Source of the DNA: Chloroflexota bacterium
Lineage (GTDB): Bacteria; Chloroflexota; Dehalococcoidia; Dehalococcoidales; JBDRCY01
Length of the DNA: 55,213 nt
NCBI GenBank assembly: GCA_043821265.1
Contig: JBDRCY010000025.1
Span: 1-55,213 of the forward strand
Direction: 5' to 3'
This document shows, one piece after another, positions 8,800-18,391 of this stretch (position 1 is the first letter of the stretch; the number at the start of each line of letters is the position of its first letter). The notes under the pieces were generated by a model. The model was not told the DNA's origin. It was given only the letters and a program-made list of their open reading frames with translations, and did no database searches. Both the position numbers and the translations under genes were made by a program.

Positions 8800-9805
8800 C
8801 TAGCATATCCGGGGCAGCAGCTCGCCGCTGAGCATGTCCACGATGCGTAAGGCCCCCAGCGCGGTCTTTAGGACCACCCGGCCCGGATGTTCGGCGGTAA
8901 CCTCGCCGATGATAGCGCTCTCCGCCCCGTAGCGGTTCCGCTTCATCGCCGCCAGTATCACCTCCGCCGACTCCGGTGAGACTATGGCCACCAGTTTACC
9001 CTCATTGGCCACATACAGCGGGTCGAAACCCAGCAGTTCACAGGCAGCCCGCACCGACTCATGTACCGGTAGTTTAGCCTCCTCTATCCTTATGCCGACA
9101 TTAGACTGCTCAGCCAGCTCGTTCAGGGTCGAGGCCACCCCCCCCCCTGGTGGGGTCACGCAGGCAGTCAACCTGCTTAGAAGCGGCCAGTATATCGGCC
9201 ACCAGCGAGGAAAGCGGTGCACAATCACTCTCCACCGGAATCTCAAAGCTCAGTCCCTCGCGCTTAGACATTATGGCCATACCGTGGTCGCCAAGGCTGC
9301 CGCTGAGAATGATTTTATCGCCGGGCCTGGCATTGGAACCAGAGATAGCCACCCCCGGCGGCACCAGCCCTATACCGGCGGTATTTATAAACAGCCTGTC
9401 GGCATTGCCCCGGTCAACCACCTTGGTGTCGCCGGTAACCACCCTTACGCCGGCTTCCATAGCCACCTCTCTTACGGAATCAATAACCGTCTGAAGCTCC
9501 CTAAAGGTCAGGCCCTCCTCGATGATAAGGGCCAGGCTCAGGTAAAGGGGGGTTGCCCCCGACATGGAGAGGTCATTAATCGTCCCGCATACCGCCAGCT
9601 TGCCGATATCGCCGCCGGGGAAGAATATGGGACTGACGACATAGCTATCGGTGGTGAAGGCCAGGCGGCCATCCACGTCAAAGACAGCGGCATCGTCCAT
9701 CTTATCGATAATGGGGTTAGAGAAGGCGGTAATAAGCCTTGCCTGCACCAGTTCGTGGCTCAGCTTGCCGCCACTGCCATGAGCCAGTAAAATCCTGCTA
9801 TCCAA
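8800..9805 (-). pseudogene. hypE: hydrogenase maturation protein HypE, +1 frameshift in G10 run (9138-9147)
   Basis: ILLAHGSGG, TTDSYVVSPIFFPGGDIG and RDPTRGG in one frame; VASTLNE...LPRIC* (HypE C-terminus) in another. G9 would restore the frame. Confidence 0.92.
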
Positions 9806-10886
9806 TCTCGCCTCCGTAACGGTAGTAGGCCGAACACGTCCCCTCCGAGGAGACCATGCAGGGGCCCACCGGGTGCTCGGTGGTGCAGGTAACGCCGAAT
9901 AGCTTGCAGTCCGGAGGGGTCTTTACGCCGCGCAGGATATCGCCACAAAGGCAGCCCGGCGGTTCGAAGGGCTCCCCCGCATCAATACTAAAGGCCTCGG
10001 CATCAAAACGCCGGTACCTGTCCCTGAGCCTGAGACCGCTACCGGGAACAGTGCCTATGCCCCGCCAGTTGGCCGGACCGGGTTCGAAGACTTCGCTCAT
10101 CATGGCCAGCGCCCGCTCGTTACCGTCGAGGGATACCACCCGGCGGTAGGCTATCTCCACCTTCGGCTGACCGCTCTCTACCTGCTCCACCAGCCTACTG
10201 ACACCGTGCAGGATATCCAGCGGCTCAAAGCCGGAGACCACACAGGCCACACCATAATCGCGGGGAATAAACCCATAAGGCCTGGCCCCGATAATGGCAC
10301 TTACATGCCCGGGGCAGAGAATACCGTCAATCTTGATTTCGCCGGAATCGAGGACGGCCTTCATTATCGGGGGGCACACCTTGGCCAGGGACAGGACATA
10401 GTAATTCTGGATACCCTCCTGCTCGGCCTGCACCACGGAGGCGGCAATGATGGGCGCTGTGGTCTCAAAGCCAATTCCGATAAAGACCACCGACTTATCT
10501 GGATTTTCGCGGGCAATGGCCAGGGCATCGGCCACCGAATAGACTATCCTCACATCGCCGTCCTCGGCCTTGGCCACCTGGAGGCTGGAGTGGCTACCCG
10601 GCACCCGGAGCATATCGCCGAAACTGGTAACGATAACACCGGGTAATCTGGCCAGGGCGATAGCCCGGTCAAGGTCGGTATTGGCGGTAACGCATATGGG
10701 GCAACCCGGCCCGGAGAGCATCTCTATCGTTTCGGGCAGCAACTGCCGGATACCGTGCTTGAAGATAGCCACGGTATGCGTGCCGCAGAACTCCATCAAC
10801 CTGATGGGTCTAGTTGAGCGGGAACAGATATGGTCTATCAGCCTTTTGGCCAGTTCGGGGTCGCGGAATTCGTCAACAAACTTCAT
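9798..10886 (-). CDS. hypD: hydrogenase maturation protein HypD
   Basis: MEFCGTH, GPGCPIC, GFETT, PGHVS, GPCMVSSEGTC. Confidence 0.96.
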   Translation of the reverse strand: MKFVDEFRDPELAKRLIDHICSRSTRPIRLMEFCGTHTVAIFKHGIRQLLPETIEMLSGPGCPICVTANTDLDRAIALARLPGVIVTSFGDMLRVPGSHSSLQVAKAEDGDVRIVYSVADALAIARENPDKSVVFIGIGFETTAPIIAASVVQAEQEGIQNYYVLSLAKVCPPIMKAVLDSGEIKIDGILCPGHVSAIIGARPYGFIPRDYGVACVVSGFEPLDILHGVSRLVEQVESGQPKVEIAYRRVVSLDGNERALAMMSEVFEPGPANWRGIGTVPGSGLRLRDRYRRFDAEAFSIDAGEPFEPPGCLCGDILRGVKTPPDCKLFGVTCTTEHPVGPCMVSSEGTCSAYYRYGGEIG

Positions 10887-11109
10887 CTTCGGACCTGAGT
10901 AACTCCATTTCCCGGAAGAGCTTGAGGGTCTCCTGGGCCTCTTCCTCATCGATAACATTGATGGCATAGCCGGTATGGAGCAGCACATAATCGCCCACCC
11001 TGACCTCGGGGGTGAGCTGGATATTGGCCTGGTAGGTGGTGCCACTCATCTCCACCCGGGCCAACTTACCATCGATTGCTTTAACCAGTGCCGGAACAGC
11101 CAAACACAT
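10873..11109 (-). CDS. hypC: hydrogenase chaperone HypC
   Basis: MCLAVP N-terminus, VGDYVLLHTGYAI. Confidence 0.96.
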   Translation of the reverse strand: MCLAVPALVKAIDGKLARVEMSGTTYQANIQLTPEVRVGDYVLLHTGYAINVIDEEEAQETLKLFREMELLRSEDEVC

Positions 11110-11124
11110 TTTTTATCTATCTCC

Positions 11125-13422
11125 TTACACTATAGCCCGGGCAATAACCGCCTGCCCCAGAGAGATGCCGCCGTCATTACAGGGCACCTGGCTATGGACT
11201 AGGGGGGTCAGCCCCTCGGCCTCCAGGGCGGGGATTACCTTACGCATCAGCAGCCGGTTCTGGCAGACGCCGCCGCTTAAGGCTACCGTAGCGATGCCCG
11301 TCTCTTCGGCTAACCGGGCACACATCTGGCGTACCATCCGCGCCACCGTATTATGAAATTTCGCCGAAATCACCGCCGCGGGAACGCCGCCAGCTACATC
11401 GGCGATAATGGCCCCAAACAGGTCTTTTACCCTGATAATCCTCACTCCGTCCTCCATTGTAATAGCGAAAGGATAGACGTCCTCGGTATCGGCCTCATAG
11501 CCCAGCATCTCCATCTCTATGGCCGCCTGCGCCTCGTAGTTAATCTGCCCCCTCACCCCCACCAGCGCCGAGACGGCATCGAAGAGCCGCCCGCAACTGG
11601 AGGTTAGCGGCGTATTGATACCCCTGTCTATCTGCCTGGTGATAAGCCCTAACTCCGTTTCACCGACACCATTATAACAGGGTAGCTCCCGCTTAAGCCC
11701 CTCCTCGCCCAGCAGGGCATAGAGATAGGCGATGGCAATACGATAGGGCTTTTTGGTGGCCGCGTCGCCGCCGGGGAGCGGTAAATACTCCAGATGCCCC
11801 CGCCTCTGAAACTTAAGGTAATCGGCCACCAGGAACTCGCCACCCCAGATATGGCCGTCGGTGCCATAACCGGTACCGTCCAGGGAGACCCCGATAACCG
11901 GCCCCTCTACCCCGTTGTCCGCCAGGCAACTGACGGCGTGAGCATGGTGATGCTGCACCGGTACGAGAGGCAGGTTATCCCTTTGTGATACCCCTTTCGC
12001 CCACTTGGTTGACAGGTAATCCGGGTGCATATCGCAGGCCATAATCTCCGGCTCGATACGGAATAACTGCTGATACAGGCCAGTCGTGTTCTCGAAGTGC
12101 TCCAGGGTCTGGAGGTTCTCCATATCACCGATATGCTGACTTATAAAAGCATGGTCGTCCCGGCTCAGGCAGAAGGTGCCCTTGAGCTCGGCGCCGCAGG
12201 CCAGCACCCGCTTGCCTTTACCGGGGAGGTGAACGGGATGGGGGGCATAGCCCCGCGCCCTTCTCAGTATCCTGGTCTGGCCACCCTCCACCACCACCAC
12301 GCTATCATCGTAGCGGGAGTAGATATCCCGGTTATGCAATAAGAAGTAATCGGCGATACCGGCAAGCCGCCTTACCGCCTCGTCATTGTCCTTGGCGATG
12401 GGCTCCTCGCTCAGGTTGCCGCTGGTCATGACCAGCGGCCGGCCGGTATCCGCCAGGAGAAGGTGATGCAAGGGCGTATAGGGCAGCATCACCCCCAGGT
12501 ATTTAAGCTTGGCGGCTACCTCCGGGGTGACGGAAGAGGTGGGCTTCCACTGTAAAAGCACGATGGGGCACTGGGGCGAGGTAAGCAGCCCGGCCTCCTC
12601 GGGCGATACCCGGCAGTGCTCCCGCACCTCTGCCAGGGTGGCCATCATCACCGCCAGGGGCTTATCCGGCCGCCTCTTTCTCTCCTTTAACCGCCTGAGT
12701 GCCCCTTCATCGGTAGCATCACAGGCCAGGAGGAAGCCCCCCAACCCCCGGACGGCCACGATATTACCCTGCCGCAGGAGCTCGCTTGCCCGAGCGATAA
12801 CATCCGAACACGGAATGACGTTACCCCCGACATCGGCCAGTTCGAGGGAGGGGCCACAGACCGGGCAGGCATTGGGTTGAGCATGAAAACGGCGGTCGAG
12901 AGGGTCGTCATACTCCGCCTGACAGGCCGGGCACATCTTGAACCGGCGCATAGTGGTCAGGGGCCTGTCATAGGGGATGTCCCGAATTATGGTAAAGCGC
13001 GGCCCGCAGTTGGTACAGTTGGTAAAGGGATAACGATAGCGCCGGTCGCTTTCGTCAAAAATCTCCTTTCGGCAGGCCGGGCAGGTAGCCAGGTCAGGGG
13101 AAATGAGCTGGTACTCGTCGGGATGGGCCAGGCTGGGACGAATCTCGAATCCCCGGTAACCCGCCGATGGCTTCTCGGTAACGGTAATAGCGCCGATATG
13201 GGCCTGAGGCGGCGGCGTTTCCTTGAGGTCGGCTAAGAACCGGGCCAGGTCGCCCGCCTTCCCCTCCACCTCAATCTGCACCTCACCGGAGGTATTACAG
13301 ACCCAGCCCGCAAGGTTATGGGCATGGGCCAGCCGATAGATAAAGGGCCGGAAGCCCACACCCTGCACCACGCCACGAACCGCTATCCGCCATAATTCCG
13401 AGGTCTTTATCGCCTTCGCCAT
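11125..13422 (-). CDS. hypF: carbamoyltransferase HypF
   Basis: VRGVVQGVGFRPF acylphosphatase domain, CxxC zinc fingers, QHHHAH, PCNDGGISLGQ. Confidence 0.96.
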   Translation of the reverse strand: MAKAIKTSELWRIAVRGVVQGVGFRPFIYRLAHAHNLAGWVCNTSGEVQIEVEGKAGDLARFLADLKETPPPQAHIGAITVTEKPSAGYRGFEIRPSLAHPDEYQLISPDLATCPACRKEIFDESDRRYRYPFTNCTNCGPRFTIIRDIPYDRPLTTMRRFKMCPACQAEYDDPLDRRFHAQPNACPVCGPSLELADVGGNVIPCSDVIARASELLRQGNIVAVRGLGGFLLACDATDEGALRRLKERKRRPDKPLAVMMATLAEVREHCRVSPEEAGLLTSPQCPIVLLQWKPTSSVTPEVAAKLKYLGVMLPYTPLHHLLLADTGRPLVMTSGNLSEEPIAKDNDEAVRRLAGIADYFLLHNRDIYSRYDDSVVVVEGGQTRILRRARGYAPHPVHLPGKGKRVLACGAELKGTFCLSRDDHAFISQHIGDMENLQTLEHFENTTGLYQQLFRIEPEIMACDMHPDYLSTKWAKGVSQRDNLPLVPVQHHHAHAVSCLADNGVEGPVIGVSLDGTGYGTDGHIWGGEFLVADYLKFQRRGHLEYLPLPGGDAATKKPYRIAIAYLYALLGEEGLKRELPCYNGVGETELGLITRQIDRGINTPLTSSCGRLFDAVSALVGVRGQINYEAQAAIEMEMLGYEADTEDVYPFAITMEDGVRIIRVKDLFGAIIADVAGGVPAAVISAKFHNTVARMVRQMCARLAEETGIATVALSGGVCQNRLLMRKVIPALEAEGLTPLVHSQVPCNDGGISLGQAVIARAIV

Positions 13423-13433
13423 CCCCGCGCCCC

Positions 13434-14078
13434 CTAGAGCTCTGCCTCCAACCACGATACCCACCCTTCGATACCCTCGCCGGTCTTACAGGACACCCGG
13501 AATATCTTGGCCCCGGGGTTTAGGCCACTTACTGTCTTCAGGAAATCAGCAAAATCGAAGTCCAGGTAGGGTAAAAGGTCAATCTTATTAACGATAATCG
13601 CCTCAGACTCGCAGAAGATGGCGGGATACTTACAGGGCTTATCATTACCCTCCGGCGTGCTGAGCAGCATGATGTCCTTGTGGGCGCCGGTCTTCACCCC
13701 GGCCGGGCAGACCAGATTGCCCACGTTCTCGATAAGCAACAGGTCTATGTCGGCCAGGGGCAGGCTGTCCAGGGCATTACTCAGCATATTGGCATCGAGA
13801 TGGCAGCCGCCACCGGTATTTATCTGGACCACGGCCACCCCCTCCCTGCCTATCCGGTCGGCATCGATGGTAGAGGCGATATCGCCCTCAATGACGGCCA
13901 CCCGGACCCGGTCCTTTAAGCCCTTTATCGTCTGCAGGACGAGACTGGTCTTCCCCGCCCCCGGCGAGGCCATCATGTTTATCGCCATAACCCCGTTTTT
14001 ATCCAGCAGCTCCCGGTTACGGACGGCTATCTGGTTATTAGCATCCTGTATATCTCGCAGCACCTTTATTTCTTTCAT
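13434..14078 (-). CDS. hypB: nickel-incorporation GTPase HypB
   Basis: SPGAGKT, GGGCHLDA, ENVGNLVCPA, NKID. Confidence 0.96.
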   Translation of the reverse strand: MKEIKVLRDIQDANNQIAVRNRELLDKNGVMAINMMASPGAGKTSLVLQTIKGLKDRVRVAVIEGDIASTIDADRIGREGVAVVQINTGGGCHLDANMLSNALDSLPLADIDLLLIENVGNLVCPAGVKTGAHKDIMLLSTPEGNDKPCKYPAIFCESEAIIVNKIDLLPYLDFDFADFLKTVSGLNPGAKIFRVSCKTGEGIEGWVSWLEAEL

Positions 14079-14177
14079 TTAGTCTACCTCGATACTGTCA
14101 ATTATCCGGTTATTGGCATCCTGTACGTCTCGCAGCACCCTTATTTCTTTCATTTAGTCTACCTCGATACTGTCAAT
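14028..14177. repeat. 75 bp tandem duplication of the hypA-end/hypB-start junction
   Basis: 14028-14102 and 14103-14177 differ by 5 transitions and create a 24-aa ORF at 14079-14153 (-). Confidence 0.93.
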
Positions 14178-14495
14178 ATAAAACTCGCGCCCACCCGTTA
14201 TCTGGGCATCCCACTGGCCGCAGTCCGGGCACTGCCATAGCAGTTCATCCGGCGAGAAGGTAGCCCCGCACTTACGGCAGCGCACACTGAGGGGTATGCG
14301 TTTGAAGGAGAGGGTAGCACCACTGGCGATGCTATCGGCGCTCATATAGTCGAAATAGAACTGGACACAGTCCGCGTTAACACCTGCCTTCTCACCCAAT
14401 ACCAGATTTATCCGGGTAATCTGCTTCGCCTCGGCCTCCCGGGCCTTCTCCACAGCAATATCAATTAGCTCTCGGGTAACACTTAACTCATGCAT
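14154..14495 (-). CDS. hypA: nickel metallochaperone HypA
   Basis: MHELS start, CRKC and CPDC zinc motifs, GREFYIDSIEV. Confidence 0.96.
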   Translation of the reverse strand: MHELSVTRELIDIAVEKAREAEAKQITRINLVLGEKAGVNADCVQFYFDYMSADSIASGATLSFKRIPLSVRCRKCGATFSPDELLWQCPDCGQWDAQITGGREFYIDSIEVD

Positions 14496-14623
14496 CCTTC
14501 TAATACCAAAACCGGAGAGATACCGAAAAATAACGGGGGTACGCAGGCCACAGTCTAATTATATGCTCCCTGAGCGTCGGTGTCTAGGCGAGCAGCCTCC
14601 GCGCAAAGCCGACAGCCGGGCCC

Positions 14624-15094
14624 TCAAGAAGTCAAGCCTTTGTCCAGTTCCCCGATAACCATATCTACAGCGGCGGGGATAGCCTCTTGTACCCGGGGGG
14701 TGCATTCCTCACTGAAGATGGTAACATCCCCTGCCTCTATGCCGAAAATCACAATCTCCCGGGGCAGGCTCATGCCCAGCTTCTCGCCCAGCTTAAGCGC
14801 CGTGGTAAAATCGATGTCGTGGGGAGAACCAGAGTGCTGGACAGCATCGAAGTCAGCCGGTGCGAGGCGAAATATCTGGCCCGCCTTACCCGCTGTGGTC
14901 TGGATGGCATCAACCACGATAACCCGATCATAGCCTGCCAGCATATCGAGCATATCCAAGCCCGCCAGTGAGGCCTCTACTATAGATAAATCCCCGCCGT
15001 GGTAACGCTCTCTGACGGCCCTGACCACGTAAATGCCGACACCGTCATCGCCAAGGATAGGGTTGCCCAAACCGATAAGCAGGGTTTTCATCAT
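14624..15094 (-). CDS. hydrogenase maturation endopeptidase
   Basis: IGLGNPILGDDGVG, VVDAI, SPH motifs. Confidence 0.93.
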   Translation of the reverse strand: MMKTLLIGLGNPILGDDGVGIYVVRAVRERYHGGDLSIVEASLAGLDMLDMLAGYDRVIVVDAIQTTAGKAGQIFRLAPADFDAVQHSGSPHDIDFTTALKLGEKLGMSLPREIVIFGIEAGDVTIFSEECTPRVQEAIPAAVDMVIGELDKGLTS

Positions 15095-15103
15095 ACTACG
15101 TAC

Positions 15104-15380
15104 TCAAACCTCAGGACAACCTTGTAACAGCTCACCCGCACTATTATGGACACTCACGATAAACGGCAAACTCACCGGCAGGTTATGAGTGTCACAGCCC
15201 GGACACAGGCCATCTCAATACGGTTAAGCAGCCCTTCGGTTATCTCCTTGCCGGGCTTGATAAGCGCCAGAGCCCCCTTCTTAACGGACATATTGACCGC
15301 CGCCTCATTATTATGGTGGCCACAATCAGGTTGGCCCGCTCGATTATACCACTTTCATCGGTAGCATAGTAATGAACCAA
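15104..15380 (-). pseudogene. 3' remnant of a group 3 [NiFe]-hydrogenase large subunit (MvhA/VhuA-like)
   Basis: Pieces LVHYYATDESGIIERANLIVAT / NNEAAVNMSVKKGALALIKPGKEITEGLLNRIEMA / CPGCDTHNLPVSLPFIVSV lie in shifted frames. The RxxDP part of the L2 motif is deleted. Confidence 0.8.
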
Positions 15381-15388
15381 GTCCACCA

Positions 15389-15502
15389 GGCAAGCTGGGT
15401 CTGGTTGGAATAGAAGAGAGGATACGCCTCCTAGGCGGTAGTCTGAAAGTACAATCAGAGCCAGGTAAAGGTACAACATTAACTGCCGAAGCACCAATAT
15501 AG
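15389..15502 (+). pseudogene. 3' remnant of a NarX/UhpB-type sensor histidine kinase (HATPase_c end)
   Basis: GKLGLVGIEERIRLLGGSLKVQSEPGKGTTLTAEAPI*, with no upstream gene body. Confidence 0.82.
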
Positions 15503-15699
15503 ATATTGTCATTCTAGAGCGGATAAGCAGTTTATACCTTTCACCCCGCTAAGCACACCCGAGAGCAAGCAGACAGTAAGGTAAAAAAGAAAGTAGAAGT
15601 ATCGCCTCTTCAAAAATGGGGTTTGCCCGCACTAATAGACCAGCTTTTAATGGGGTTCAGTACATATCTGGTGTGTCGACAATTACTATAGGGCTCTGA

Positions 15700-15742
15700 T
15701 ATTAACGTTAATAACCAGATTTAACGTATACACTGGTTATTA
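15700..15742. promoter_or_regulatory. overlapping palindromes upstream of the flx operon
   Basis: Perfect TATTAACGTTAATA (15700-15713) and TAATAACCAG-N14-CTGGTTATTA (15709-15742). Confidence 0.5.
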
Positions 15743-15919
15743 TAGAAACGATAAGGAAGAGCATGGCCTCATTTCAGGTCGAAATAGGGAATAGCAGCTA
15801 TAAACAGGCAGTTATACCTGGAAAAACGGTGAACTGAATCTATAGTAGTCAGACAGCTAATATATATGTTAGAATAGGCTGTCGTTCAACAGGCTTTATC
15901 CAATTTTCAAGAGGCTCAA

Positions 15920-16375
15920 ATGAAACAGGATGTAGAATGGGAACCCAGGGCGGTAGGTTTTCTCTGTCGCTGGTGTAGTTACGCCGGCGCCGATTTAGCC
16001 GGTACCAGCCGCCAGAAATATCCGCCTAATGTAAGCATAATAAAGGTGCCTTGCTCCGGAAGAGTAGACCCGCTTTTCATCCTCAAGGCGCTACGCTTAG
16101 GCTTCGACGGTGTGCTGGTCTCAGGCTGTCACCCCGGCGATTGCCATTACCAAACGGGAAATTACCGAACCCGTAGAAGGGTAGCCCTGACCAAGAAATT
16201 CCTCGAGTATATGGGAGTCGAGCCGCAGCGTATCCAGGCCAGCTGGGTCTCGGCCTCGGAGGGCAATAAGTTTGCCCTGGTGGTCAGCGAAGTAACCAAG
16301 GGGCTAAAAGAGGCCGGCCCCAACCGCTTATTTACCGATGAAAAAGATGGAAATAGAACAACGCTTGCAGAGTGA
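15920..16375 (+). CDS. mvhD: MvhD/FlxD [2Fe-2S] subunit
   Basis: FLCRWCSYAGADLAG, VPCSGRVDP, GCHPGDCHY, WVSASEG. Confidence 0.93.
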   Translation: MKQDVEWEPRAVGFLCRWCSYAGADLAGTSRQKYPPNVSIIKVPCSGRVDPLFILKALRLGFDGVLVSGCHPGDCHYQTGNYRTRRRVALTKKFLEYMGVEPQRIQASWVSASEGNKFALVVSEVTKGLKEAGPNRLFTDEKDGNRTTLAE

Positions 16376-17303
16376 AGCCAGGACCTTGCTGGAGCAGGGC
16401 AATGTTGACTATATCGTCGGTTTTACAACCGGCAGCCTGAAGTTTACCACTACCCCACTGATAACCAGGGACAAAGACGATGTTGACCGCCTGATAATCA
16501 ACCCCTTTATAGTAAATAACCTCAGCAACTTCCTGACCGGACTTAAGGGACGGGTTGGTATCGTCGTCAAAGGGTGTGACAGCCGCTCCCTGACGAGCCT
16601 GCTACAGGACAACAAGGTGGTCAGAGAAGACGTTGTAATCCTGGGCTTCCCCTGCCCCGGCCTAATAGACCTAAACAAGGTGGAACTTCTCCGGGGCAAG
16701 GATAGAGATGAACTGGACGACATACTCCGTGAAGGGGACAAGGTAGTGGTAACGGCCGACGGCGAGGCCCAGACCTTCTCTACCGGAGAGGTCCTCTTCG
16801 ACTGCTGTCTCGGCTGCGAACTCCCCACCCCCCAGGAATACGACATCCTTCTCGGCGAGCCCCGTCCGGCGGCACCCCAGCTAGACACCAGCCGGAAAGG
16901 GATAGCCACCCTGGAGTCAACGCCCACGGAAGGTAGATGGGCATTCTGGAAGCAGGAATTCAGCCGCTGCATCCGGTGCTACGCCTGCCGGAATGTTTGC
17001 CCCGCCTGTTATTGCCGACGCTGTTTCGTAGAGGAATCCGAGCCACAGTGGATACTACCGATGCCACGCTGGCAGGATAACCTCCTCTTTCAGGTAGTCA
17101 GGAATATCCATGTGGCCGGAAGATGCACCGATTGCGGCGAGTGTGAGCGGGTCTGCCCGGTGGGTATCCCGCTAAGGGGCCTGACCAAGAAGATGTACGA
17201 GATAGTGGATGATATGTTCCAGTTCAAGGCCGGCCTGGACAAGGATGCGGCACCACTGCATGCCCACTATGAACTTGAAGATGCCAACGATTTCTTCAAG
17301 TAG
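16338..17303 (+). CDS. flxC: FlxC-like Fe-S protein
   Basis: KGCDSRS, CIRCYACRNVCPACYC and RCTDCGECERVCP; position in the flxDCBA order. Confidence 0.8.
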   Translation: MKKMEIEQRLQSEARTLLEQGNVDYIVGFTTGSLKFTTTPLITRDKDDVDRLIINPFIVNNLSNFLTGLKGRVGIVVKGCDSRSLTSLLQDNKVVREDVVILGFPCPGLIDLNKVELLRGKDRDELDDILREGDKVVVTADGEAQTFSTGEVLFDCCLGCELPTPQEYDILLGEPRPAAPQLDTSRKGIATLESTPTEGRWAFWKQEFSRCIRCYACRNVCPACYCRRCFVEESEPQWILPMPRWQDNLLFQVVRNIHVAGRCTDCGECERVCPVGIPLRGLTKKMYEIVDDMFQFKAGLDKDAAPLHAHYELEDANDFFK

Positions 17304-17314
17304 CGGAGATAAAC

Positions 17315-18358
17315 ATGACCACCCATAAAATAGCCAGGCAGGATTTAGGCCAGGTCCTCGATAAGTGGAACCAGGGGTTTAACGTGCTGGTACCCTCGCG
17401 AGAGAGCGGGCGGGCGCTTTGGGCTGGGTGGGATGGCAGCGATATCAGTTTTCTCGACTGGTATAAGAACACGGTGATACCGGCCAAGGCCAACCTCCTC
17501 CCGCCTACGGAAGAGATGTTCGCCTTCAAGAATAACGGAGACGGCTACCACATGGAGCCACCCAACCTGGATAGGCCCAAGCAGCTAATCTTTGCCGTTC
17601 GCCCCTGCGATGCCAAGGCCATAGCCATACTGGACGAGTTCTTCGAGGACACCTGTGCCGACCCCTATTACCTCTCCCGGAGGAATAATACCGTACTGGT
17701 GGGACTGGGATGTACCTCCCCCTGCGAGAGCTGCTTCTGTACCTCCCTCGGCATCAGCCCCGGGCAGTCGGGTGACGTGGACGTGATGGTTACCGATACT
17801 GGCGACCATCTATTACTCGAAGCGGTTACCGCCGCCGGCAAGGAGCTGATAGCAGCGGCCGGTGAACTGACCAGGGCCACCAAGGCCGACGAAGCCAAGG
17901 CCAAGGCAAAGAAGGAGGCCGTTTATCAGAAGGTAACCAGGGCGATAGATATGGAGAATATCGAAAAGAAGCTGCTCACCTGCTTCGAGGATGCCGAGCA
18001 CTGGGAGAAGGTAGCCGCCAAGTGCATAAGCTGCGGTATCTGCACCCTGCTCTGCCCTACCTGCTACTGCTTCGATATTAATGACGAGCTAACTAAGCAG
18101 CAGGGGGCCCGGTGCCGGAACTGGGACAGCTGCGCCTTCCCCATCTATACCAAGATGCCGATGGAAAATCCCCGGGAGGAGAAATGGCGGCGGGTGCGGC
18201 AAAAGGTATGCCATAAATTCGAGTTCTACCCCATGAGTTTCAACGTTATAGCCTGTGTTGGCTGCGGCCGGTGCGTTCGGCTGTGCCCGGTCAACTGGGA
18301 TATCACCCAGGTCTTGAGCAATCTACCGGCGGGAGCCGCCGCCAAAGAGGGTTCTTAA
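17315..18358 (+). CDS. flxB: FlxB-like Fe-S protein (AsrA/HydB family)
   Basis: VRPCD, CESCFC, CISCGICTLLCPTCYCF, CVGCGRCVRLCP. Confidence 0.8.
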   Translation: MTTHKIARQDLGQVLDKWNQGFNVLVPSRESGRALWAGWDGSDISFLDWYKNTVIPAKANLLPPTEEMFAFKNNGDGYHMEPPNLDRPKQLIFAVRPCDAKAIAILDEFFEDTCADPYYLSRRNNTVLVGLGCTSPCESCFCTSLGISPGQSGDVDVMVTDTGDHLLLEAVTAAGKELIAAAGELTRATKADEAKAKAKKEAVYQKVTRAIDMENIEKKLLTCFEDAEHWEKVAAKCISCGICTLLCPTCYCFDINDELTKQQGARCRNWDSCAFPIYTKMPMENPREEKWRRVRQKVCHKFEFYPMSFNVIACVGCGRCVRLCPVNWDITQVLSNLPAGAAAKEGS

Positions 18359-18391
18359 GCAAGAATAATTACCGGTTACAGGAGAACCACG

